A stretch of DNA of 17,788 nt from a bacterium. GTDB taxonomy: Bacteria; Eisenbacteria; RBG-16-71-46. The translations under genes and the position numbers were made by a program. The notes beneath the pieces were generated by a model. That model had not been told where the DNA came from, made no database searches, and was given only the letters and a program-made list of their open reading frames with translations. Below, piece by piece: positions 1 through 5,977 of the stretch (within the stretch, counting starts at the first letter, position 1; each line of letters starts with the position of its first letter). The stretch is from contig JAYWEM010000149.1 in NCBI GenBank assembly GCA_043779265.1, forward strand, positions 1 to 17,788. The letters run 5' to 3'.

Positions 1-1
1 C

Positions 2-49
2 TACGACCAGATCGGCCGGACCCGTGCGTTCGTGGACGCGACCTCGTGA
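2..49 (+). CDS. 3' end of an upstream gene (partial, ...YDQIGRTRAFVDATS*)
   Basis: Frame 2 has GC3-rich codons. Its TGA (47-49) overlaps the GTG of the next gene (GTGA coupling). Confidence 0.55.
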   Translation, partial: YDQIGRTRAFVDATS

Positions 50-795
50 CTGCAGAGCGACCACTGCGCGTCGTCGCCTACACAGCGGGCTACGACCCCA
101 AGACCGACAAGTTCCCCGCCCTCGTCATCGAGGACGGCGACCAGCTCCAGCTCGAAAAGAAGCCAGGCAGGATCATCGCGCACTGCCGGTCCAAGCTCGC
201 CGTCCTCGCCCTCGCGGACGGGCTGGCCGAAGCCGCCAAGCGACTGCGCGCCAACGTGACCCGCACCTCGCGCGCATCACCCGGCTACTGCCAGCACCCC
301 GATGGATGCCAGATGGGGCCGCTAGGTGAGCCCGCAGCCGCTGGCTCCCTAGGCTTCTGCCAGGCCCACACCGCGCGCGTCCACGCAAAGGGCTCCCTGG
401 GCTCACCAGAGCCCTCGCGCGCAGGAGAGGCCACGCTAGGGCGTCAGGACGGCGTCAGCGCGACGTGGTTCCTCGCGTCCCTCTCCGAAACCCGTGGCAG
501 AGGCGTAGTCCACCGCAACCGAGGCCAAGCCGTCACCATCACCTGGGCCGACGGCACTCGCACGCGCCCCTTCGCCGCCCGCCGCCTGCTCGCCTGGGAA
601 ACTCGAGGCTGGATCGTGCTCGAGCCCGTGGACCCTGCGACGAAGCGCCAACCGATCGCGCTCACCCAGTCCGCCCGTGCACAAGCGCAAGCCATCATCG
701 ACTCCCCGCACGTTCGGTCTCGCCGTCGTCGCGGCTTGCTCGATCGCGCCGACAACGAGTCGGCGGAGATCATCGAATGGAAACCGGAGAGATGA
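46..795 (+). CDS. Hypothetical phage protein, 249 aa; possible Zn-binding motif and possible C-terminal winged-helix-like region
   Basis: Long ORF with host-like codon bias. CQHPDGC...FCQAH Cys/His cluster. ARRLLAWETRGWIVLE resembles the end of a wHTH (inference). Confidence 0.7.
   Translation: MTAERPLRVVAYTAGYDPKTDKFPALVIEDGDQLQLEKKPGRIIAHCRSKLAVLALADGLAEAAKRLRANVTRTSRASPGYCQHPDGCQMGPLGEPAAAGSLGFCQAHTARVHAKGSLGSPEPSRAGEATLGRQDGVSATWFLASLSETRGRGVVHRNRGQAVTITWADGTRTRPFAARRLLAWETRGWIVLEPVDPATKRQPIALTQSARAQAQAIIDSPHVRSRRRRGLLDRADNESAEIIEWKPER
711..746 (+). promoter_or_regulatory. Bipartite promoter-like element, copy 1 (one mismatch)
   Basis: CGTTCG(711-716)-N14-GCGGCT(731-736)-TGCTCGATC-G(746). 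Lies upstream of the gene at 797, which has GGAGA at 786-790. Confidence 0.5.
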
Positions 796-796
796 C

Positions 797-1099
797 ATGC
801 TGCCCACAATCCAAGTCCACGTTTACGGAGAATTCTGTGAATTCGAGATCTTGTGCCTCGGTGCGCCCCACATCGAAATCGAAATCGACGACGGCGTAGC
901 CAAGGTGTCAGCGCTCGGCCAGGGACTGAGAGTCATCGGCAAGCACGATCGCCTTACTGCGCGCATCGACGCCGAGCACCTCGACGATCGCCGGGCCCTC
1001 GCCGTAGCCCTTCGAGAATGCGCCGACCAACTCCACTCGAGCGCCGCAGAGCGTGAGGCGAAGCTAGAGCGTGAGGCGAAGATCAGGAACGCGCCGTAG
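797..1099 (+). CDS. Hypothetical protein, 100 aa (MLPTIQVHVYGEF...)
   Basis: ATG 797 preceded by SD-like GGAGA, immediately after the stop of the previous gene. Confidence 0.7.
   Translation: MLPTIQVHVYGEFCEFEILCLGAPHIEIEIDDGVAKVSALGQGLRVIGKHDRLTARIDAEHLDDRRALAVALRECADQLHSSAAEREAKLEREAKIRNAP
1048..1081 (+). repeat. In-frame tandem duplication, AGAGCGTGAGGCGAAG x2 (18-nt period; EREAK-L-EREAK)
   Basis: Exact 16-nt copies at 1048-1063 and 1066-1081. Confidence 0.9.
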
Positions 1100-1112
1100 C
1101 CTCACGGGGATC

Positions 1113-1215
1113 GACTCCACCGCCACGGTGCGCAGATCCTCGAACTCTCTCCCCGCACCGTGGCAACCGGAGCGCGTTCGGAAACGGACGCGCTCCGGCT
1201 CTATCTGCCGGAGTC
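1113..1215 (+). other. Structured intergenic element (three-way junction with possible pseudoknot)
   Basis: GACTCC(1113-1118)/GGAGTC(1210-1215); GCCACGGTGCG(1122-1132)/CGCACCGTGGC(1154-1164); 14-bp stem 1167-1198 with one G-U pair and a GAAA tetraloop. Confidence 0.7.
1175..1210 (+). promoter_or_regulatory. Bipartite promoter-like element, copy 2, embedded in a hairpin
   Basis: CGTTCG(1175-1180)-N14-CCGGCT(1195-1200)-CTATCTGCC-G(1210), followed by an A/C-rich leader, SD GGAGAG and ATG 1239. Confidence 0.7.
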
Positions 1216-1238
1216 AAAACCACAACCACGGAGAGCAC

Positions 1239-1553
1239 ATGCGAGACACCTACTTCACCATCGCCCAGATCCGCGAAGACAACGCCGAACTTGGATTCAA
1301 CTTCTTCGATGCCGGCACGCTCCGCTTCTTCCGCTCGAAGGTCTACCCCGAGGTCTACGGTGGGCACCTCTTCGTCACCAGCGAACAGCAGAGCAGCGAA
1401 CACGCGCGCCTCTACACGCTGCGCGAATGCATCGAAGGCAAGGTCAACACCGTGGGCTTCTTCCAACTCTACCCAACCCTCGGCCAAGCCCGCACCGCAG
1501 CCAAGCGCGAAGTGAAGGCCCGCGCCGAACTCGCACGCGCCGTCGCCCAATGA
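1239..1553 (+). CDS. Conserved small phage protein, 104 aa (FF..GTLRFFRSKV...YGGHLFVTSE type; recalled as DUF7447-like, unverified)
   Basis: SD GGAGAG before ATG 1239. The motif pattern resembles a widespread uncharacterised phage family. Confidence 0.8.
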   Translation: MRDTYFTIAQIREDNAELGFNFFDAGTLRFFRSKVYPEVYGGHLFVTSEQQSSEHARLYTLRECIEGKVNTVGFFQLYPTLGQARTAAKREVKARAELARAVAQ

Positions 1554-1732
1554 CCAACCTCGGCCGCATCCGCGACATCGTGTTCAACGCGAACCTGAAC
1601 GCCCACGGCGCACGAGAAGAACTTCGCACCCTCTTCCGCGAACTCGACACACCACCGCTTCCGTTCGAGGAAGCGGAGCGCCGAATCCTCGGCAAGCTCG
1701 CCGCGTTCGGTTCCGACAAGAACCCCGGCTAG
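1550..1732 (+). CDS. Hypothetical protein, 60 aa (MTNLGRIRD...KNPG)
   Basis: ATGA overlap with the previous stop; GC3-biased codons. Confidence 0.7.
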   Translation: MTNLGRIRDIVFNANLNAHGAREELRTLFRELDTPPLPFEEAERRILGKLAAFGSDKNPG

Positions 1733-1740
1733 GTTCAACA
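1704..1740 (+). promoter_or_regulatory. Bipartite promoter-like element, copy 3 (leaderless)
   Basis: CGTTCG(1704-1709)-N15-CCGGCT(1725-1730)-AGGTTCAAC-ATG(1740). Confidence 0.7.
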
Positions 1741-2063
1741 TGAGCACCAATCCCTTTTCGGTCGTCGAGTCCGTGATCTGGCAGCGCGACGACGGACGGA
1801 CCGCGAGCACCGCTGGCGCGTGCCCCTGGACATCCGACGCCGAACGCGCGCGCTGGACACGCCGTAGCGTCGGCTGGACCACCTACGACAGCAGCGACGG
1901 AACTACCGGTCACGGCCACCAGTCGCTTCCCACCCGCGATGAGGCCCAGGTCCGCGCCGATCGCTGGAATGCTCGAATCGCAGAATCCGCCGCGCTTCAT
2001 CGCGCCATGTATCCCGAGTCCTACGAGCCCAAGGCCCAGAATGCACGCAAGGCCCGAGCATGA
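1740..2063 (+). CDS. Hypothetical Trp-rich phage protein, 107 aa
   Basis: Clean ORF with typical codon bias; stop overlaps the next ATG. Confidence 0.8.
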   Translation: MSTNPFSVVESVIWQRDDGRTASTAGACPWTSDAERARWTRRSVGWTTYDSSDGTTGHGHQSLPTRDEAQVRADRWNARIAESAALHRAMYPESYEPKAQNARKARA

Positions 2064-2305
2064 GTACTGCACAGCCAGAACTCGTCGCGCTCCGGGCGCA
2101 ATACCTCGCACTCTCCGATGCCGCCTGCGGAGCGCGAGAACGACTGCGCGCGCTCCGAAGTCTATCGCCGTCCGTGCAGTCAATCGCCACAGCAGAGGCC
2201 CTCGAAATCATCGCGCAGGAACTCGAAGTACGCGAGGAGGCCGCGTTCGAGGCCGCACACGCGAACTGGAAAAAACTCCTCGAAGCAAGCCGCGTCCGCG
2301 CATGA
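2060..2305 (+). CDS. Hypothetical helical protein, 81 aa
   Basis: ATGA coupling at both ends. Confidence 0.7.
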   Translation: MSTAQPELVALRAQYLALSDAACGARERLRALRSLSPSVQSIATAEALEIIAQELEVREEAAFEAAHANWKKLLEASRVRA

Positions 2306-2442
2306 GCGCACTGACCGACCCCTTCACCCCGGACGGCGACCCGATCGATAGCTTCGAGTCACGCGCCGAGGCCGATCACGAACTCGCGCGAATCCGTGCC
2401 GCAATGAACAAGCCCGTTCGGTCGGGCACGGTCCCCGGCTAG
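2302..2442 (+). CDS. Hypothetical protein, 46 aa (MSALTDPFTP...TVPG)
   Basis: ATGA coupling; fills the gap to the next gene. Confidence 0.6.
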   Translation: MSALTDPFTPDGDPIDSFESRAEADHELARIRAAMNKPVRSGTVPG

Positions 2443-2450
2443 GCGAGGCA
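2415..2450 (+). promoter_or_regulatory. Bipartite promoter-like element, copy 4 (leaderless)
   Basis: CGTTCG(2415-2420)-N14-CCGGCT(2435-2440)-AGGCGAGGC-ATG(2450). Confidence 0.7.
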
Positions 2451-2863
2451 TGGAAACAACGCACACACCCGGACAGTGGACCGCTCACCCGTCAACTCGC
2501 TATCGCGGGAACATTGGACAAGCCTGGGATATCGCTACCAGCTTCGCCACTTGGGACCCGCGCGACCCCGACCCCGACCGCGACGAGGGGACGATGGGCA
2601 CATGGTCCTATGACGACATCGACGGCACGCGCCCCTATTGCCGGATCGCCACAACATCCGATATGGGGCCGGAGGCGCACGCGAACGCGCGCTTGATTGC
2701 CGCAGCGCCCGAGCTTCTCGACGCCCTCAAGCGGTCACTTGCCCTCATCGAGGCCCTAATGCCCGGTCTCCGCCACATCGCCGTGAAAGACTACGGCGAG
2801 GTGAACATGGTCCCGATCGACGCAGCGCGCACAATCGCCAAGGCAGAAGGACGCGCACCGTGA
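2450..2863 (+). CDS. Widespread phage protein of the HTPGPW...ANARLIAAAPELL type, 137 aa, function unknown
   Basis: N-terminal HTPGQW and internal ANARLIAAAPELLDALK signature. Confidence 0.85.
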   Translation: METTHTPGQWTAHPSTRYRGNIGQAWDIATSFATWDPRDPDPDRDEGTMGTWSYDDIDGTRPYCRIATTSDMGPEAHANARLIAAAPELLDALKRSLALIEALMPGLRHIAVKDYGEVNMVPIDAARTIAKAEGRAP

Positions 2864-3084
2864 CCACCAACCCCTTCACCGTTGCACGCGATGCAGTCGA
2901 AATCCGCGCACAATTCAACGAGGGAGAGGCCAAGCGATACTGCGGGCTCGCAGCCCTCCACAGGGGAGAAACACACGACACCTACACCGAGCGCGCCGAA
3001 CGTTGGCGCATCCGTGCACAGGAAGCGCGCGGAATCGGACTCATCCTCTCCGCCATCATCGACACACACAACCAGAACAAATGA
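2860..3084 (+). CDS. Hypothetical protein, 74 aa (MTTNPFTV...)
   Basis: GTGA coupling at the start, ATGA coupling at the end. Confidence 0.65.
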   Translation: MTTNPFTVARDAVEIRAQFNEGEAKRYCGLAALHRGETHDTYTERAERWRIRAQEARGIGLILSAIIDTHNQNK

Positions 3085-3194
3085 GCACGCTCACCCAAAT
3101 ACTCGGATGGACAATCGCCGGACTCTCCATCGCAATCCTGGTCTTTCAAGGCATCGCGGGTTGCTTCGTTCGGAAGGACGACGATCCCGGCTGA
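3081..3194 (+). CDS. Small single-pass membrane peptide, 37 aa
   Basis: ATGA coupling; hydrophobic stretch ILGWTIAGLSIAILVFQGIAGCFV followed by RKDDDPG. Confidence 0.65.
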   Translation: MSTLTQILGWTIAGLSIAILVFQGIAGCFVRKDDDPG

Positions 3195-3202
3195 TACACA
3201 CA
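3167..3202 (+). promoter_or_regulatory. Bipartite promoter-like element, copy 5 (leaderless)
   Basis: CGTTCG(3167-3172)-N14-CCGGCT(3187-3192)-GATACACAC-ATG(3202). Confidence 0.7.
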
Positions 3203-3498
3203 TGCACACGAACACCAACAACGCCATGAGCCCGGCCGAACTATGCGAATGGATCAGGGACGCCGTCGCCTACTCACCACGCACCGAACCCGGACACGGA
3301 CCGTGGCGCATCGGCTCGCTCGCCGGACAACGCCTCGCAGTCTGCCCAACTTGCCAACGCCGCATGTTCGCGCGCGGACTCATCGGTGGACACCACGCCG
3401 CCACGTGGGAGAACGCCAACCCAAAGCTCGACCACGGACGACAATGCGCCGGAGGCTGCAACGCGTGGGCCGACCTACAAGGAGAAGACGCCTCGTGA
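3202..3498 (+). CDS. Hypothetical Cys-containing protein, 98 aa (CPTC...CAGGC, possible Zn site)
   Basis: ORF starts exactly at the predicted +1 of the repeated element. Confidence 0.7.
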   Translation: MHTNTNNAMSPAELCEWIRDAVAYSPRTEPGHGPWRIGSLAGQRLAVCPTCQRRMFARGLIGGHHAATWENANPKLDHGRQCAGGCNAWADLQGEDAS

Positions 3499-3552
3499 TC
3501 TCCACTCCCTCGCGCGCGCATGATACCTCAATCATAGACGCAGCCTATCGAT

Positions 3553-3594
3553 GGGGGGGGGGGACGATAGGGACAGACTATCGTTGCCTCCCCC
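3553..3594. other. G11 tract and hairpin (ACGATAG/CTATCGT core) directly upstream of promoter copy 6
   Basis: G at 3553-3563. ACGATAG 3564-3570 pairs with CTATCGT 3578-3584, extended imperfectly by G-tract pairing to CCTCCCCC. Confidence 0.55.
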
Positions 3595-3629
3595 GTTCGC
3601 ATTTCCCCGTTCCCCGGCTCTAGATGGCA
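3594..3629 (+). promoter_or_regulatory. Bipartite promoter-like element, copy 6 (leaderless)
   Basis: CGTTCG(3594-3599)-N14-CCGGCT(3614-3619)-CTAGATGGC-ATG(3629). Confidence 0.7.
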
Positions 3630-3898
3630 TGATCACCTCACAACACGTCATCGGGAGCGGCATCCTCGAGTTCAATGTCTCACAGGGCCACTGTTGGACA
3701 GTCGCGGTGGACATCCTCGAGGTTGTCGGTCGGTGTGGTGACTTGAGGTATCGAGTCCGGCCGTCGTGCGAAGGGGAGGACGCGGCGGACGTTGTGGGAT
3801 CACCAGTGATGGTCAGCGCGTCACGCGTGAAGGTCACGAGCGCCCTCGACTCGCTTCGAGAGGCAACGATGCGCGCGAAGCTCGAGACCTACCTGTAG
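3629..3898 (+). CDS. Hypothetical beta-rich protein, 89 aa (MITSQHVIG...)
   Basis: ATG 3629 sits at the predicted +1 of the element and is in frame with track ORF 3551..3898. Confidence 0.65.
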   Translation: MITSQHVIGSGILEFNVSQGHCWTVAVDILEVVGRCGDLRYRVRPSCEGEDAADVVGSPVMVSASRVKVTSALDSLREATMRAKLETYL

Positions 3899-3959
3899 AC
3901 CGTACGTGTGACGAGGATGCGAAGGGCGCGCGCGACGGGCCACCTCGACCACGACCGCG

Positions 3960-4255
3960 CGCTCGACCCGTCCCGAATGGGGACCCCGTCGCGGGAGTCA
4001 CGTTCCATTCGACCCCCTCCCCCTGCCCCCCCCCTACACGTGGAACAGGGTCCCATCTGTAGGAGTCCCGTGGATTCCAGGTCCTTCGGATATCTAGATG
4101 TGGCAACGGTTTAGTTCAGGAATGGGTCCCCTTTTGTACGGATCCCCCGTTGCTTGTTCCCCCTGCGATGTGGAAGAGTAGAGGGCGGCAGGGAAGGGAA
4201 GGTCCCGGTGAACGTAGTGAACTCGGGACCGACGTCCTCACGGATTGAGGGGGGT
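3960..4255. other. Non-coding structured region at the strand-composition switch; candidate genome terminus, pac site or origin
   Basis: C-tracts at 4011-4034 and G-rich 4178-4204 form an imperfect inverted repeat. Several hairpins and GGGTCCC/GGGACC motifs. Lies upstream of the packaging genes. Confidence 0.5.
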
Positions 4256-4259
4256 ATGA

Positions 4260-4478
4260 ATGCGACTACCTAGCGAGGGGGGGCGTGGGAGTGCGCGGGA
4301 GTGTGGTGCTTGCCACCGTGTGACGGACTTCCTTCCGGTGGACTTGAGGGCGTTGCGAGCGGCACCGCGGTGTGGCTGGTGCGGCTCGAAGTGGACTCGT
4401 CCGGTGTGGGGAGAGCGGCTGAAGGACCTGGTGCGAAGGCAGTCGCTTGGTGAGGCGTGTGAGAACGCGGTTCCTTGA
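4260..4478 (+). CDS. Small Zn-ribbon protein, 72 aa (CGAC...CGWC)
   Basis: Two CxxC pairs; SD-like GAGGGGGG upstream. Confidence 0.65.
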   Translation: MRLPSEGGRGSARECGACHRVTDFLPVDLRALRAAPRCGWCGSKWTRPVWGERLKDLVRRQSLGEACENAVP

Positions 4479-4511
4479 CTCCCTTGCTGGATCCGTGCGA
4501 GTCTTCTCGGC

Positions 4512-4982
4512 ATGGCAACGCCCGGCGCGCAAGTGATTGACCCGCTGATCGAGATGATGTGCGCTGCGTGGGTCAGCGTGCGTGAGCAGACGGAGGAGGA
4601 CGCGGGTCGGTGGGGGGCCTCGCTCTCGAGTCCGGCTGCGGGGTCTTCGGAGGTAGCGCGTGCGGCGGTGTGGCGCACGGTGAACGAGGAGGCGTTGTCG
4701 CTGCTGGTGCGCTCGCTCCTGGAGACGCAGTTCAGGCTGCAGATGGCGCAGAAGTCGAAGACCGCGTCTGCGCGAGAGCTTCAGGGGATGGTGGAGACGA
4801 TTGCGGGGTTCGTGTCGGCGGTGGTGTCGGATGCGGAGGCGGTGTGCGTGAGCGATACGTGCGCCTGGCGCGGTACGGCTGCGGACATGGGTCCGAGTGC
4901 GGCGTGCGTGAAGTGCGGCGGCGCGGCACGTCCGTTGCAGAAGTTGGCGTTGGTGAACGGGCGCGGTGAGGCGTTGTCGTGA
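4512..4982 (+). CDS. Hypothetical protein, 156 aa, helical with C-terminal Zn ribbon (CVSDTC...CVKC)
   Basis: ORF with four clustered Cys; stop overlaps the next GTG. Confidence 0.7.
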   Translation: MATPGAQVIDPLIEMMCAAWVSVREQTEEDAGRWGASLSSPAAGSSEVARAAVWRTVNEEALSLLVRSLLETQFRLQMAQKSKTASARELQGMVETIAGFVSAVVSDAEAVCVSDTCAWRGTAADMGPSAACVKCGGAARPLQKLALVNGRGEALS

Positions 4983-5407
4983 GCCTGGACGCACTCCCGA
5001 ACACGGTGGTCAGCGTGCCCTACGGCTCTCTGGCTCGGATCGACCTGTACCTGCGGACGCAGTCGAACGCGGCGCTTTTGCGCGCGGATGTGACGAACTG
5101 GGACTTCGAGGTGTTCGACGAGCAGGGCGCTTCGCCCGAGACGCCGATCTACGGAGAGCTGGCGAAGGCGAACACGGCGGCTAACGCCGACACGGCGATC
5201 ATCCTGATTGCGACGACGGTTGCGGTGGTGACTGGCGCTTCGCGTCTTGCGTTGGGCCACACGTTCCTACACAAGTTTGATCCGACGGTTCTGTTCGATG
5301 CTGGCGCTGGTCGGCTCTATCGGATTCGGTACACATTCCTGCTCGCGTCTAGCGCGGGCAAGTTGCAGGCGAGTGTTCCCTTGTTGATGGGGAACGAGTA
5401 TCTGTAG
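4979..5407 (+). CDS. Hypothetical beta-sandwich-like protein, 142 aa (possibly virion-associated)
   Basis: GTGA coupling; alternating beta-strand patterns (DFEVFD, LYRIRYTF). Confidence 0.7.
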   Translation: MSLDALPNTVVSVPYGSLARIDLYLRTQSNAALLRADVTNWDFEVFDEQGASPETPIYGELAKANTAANADTAIILIATTVAVVTGASRLALGHTFLHKFDPTVLFDAGAGRLYRIRYTFLLASSAGKLQASVPLLMGNEYL

Positions 5408-5595
5408 ATGCGCCTGACGCCTTCATGCCAAGAGGTGCCCGTGCCGCTCGTGCGGCCGTGGCTCGGCCCGAACCAGGACGCGAGACCTGGATCGAAGCAC
5501 ATGAGACCGCGCTACGCGGTACGCGCGTCGGGCAGGCTCTTGCCACCGCCCGTCGTCGGCTGCTCTGGTAGTTCGGCGGCGGGCACTTCCTCGTG

Positions 5596-5946
5596 ATGAC
5601 CGACATGGTGCCTTTGAAGCGTGCGAAACGCGCGGAGCCGATGCCCGAGGTAGGCGAGGCTGGCACCGCACCGTTGCGTGAGGCGCTGTGCGATGTGTTG
5701 GCCGAGGACCGCGAGATTGCGAAGATGCTCATGCAGCGTCTCGTGTCGATCGCTGCGACGGCGAAGCCGAACGAGTCGCTGCGTGCGATGGAGCTGATGT
5801 TCGACCGGCTCGACGGCCCGCTGATGAAGGAGATCCAGGACGCGATCACGCCGATTCAGGTGACCTTGCAGAACATCCACCTGAAGGCTCGTCACGTCGA
5901 GCGGCTTGTGGAGGCGGAGAATGGCGGCCCGGCGCTCGAAGACTAG
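5596..5946 (+). CDS. terS: Probable terminase small subunit
   Basis: Small helical protein directly upstream of terL. RAMELMFDRLDGP resembles terS-like oligomerisation segments. Start could be GTG 5593 or ATG 5596. Confidence 0.6.
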   Translation: MTDMVPLKRAKRAEPMPEVGEAGTAPLREALCDVLAEDREIAKMLMQRLVSIAATAKPNESLRAMELMFDRLDGPLMKEIQDAITPIQVTLQNIHLKARHVERLVEAENGGPALED

Positions 5947-5977
5947 GTTCAAGTCGAAGCTCCAGAAGGGCGCGACG

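Noticed and set aside
1161..1203. Resemblance to the c-di-GMP-I riboswitch (GGCAA..GAAA..GGACGC..CTCCGG)
   Set aside because: These bases form one continuous hairpin and the GCAAAG junction is absent; probably coincidental.
1122..1208. HDV-like ribozyme topology (P1-P2-P1'-P4-P2')
   Set aside because: The helix order is similar, but there is no P3 stem, no GG for P1.1 and no canonical J4/2.
1715..1732. NPG* resembling a 2A ribosome-skipping peptide
   Set aside because: It lacks D(V/I)ExNPGP, 2A is a eukaryotic mechanism, and the DNA motif explains the sequence.
5292..5320. Degenerate promoter copy TGTTCG-N13-TCGGCT
   Set aside because: Two mismatches, wrong spacing and no start codon at +1.
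5408..5596. 62-aa ORF between the 142-aa gene and terS
   Set aside because: It fits the gap, but composition and codon use are unconvincing; left uncalled.
5943..5952. CTAGGTTCAA identical to 1729-1738
   Set aside because: No CGTTCG/CCGGCT boxes at the right spacing; a single 10-mer match is plausible by chance.
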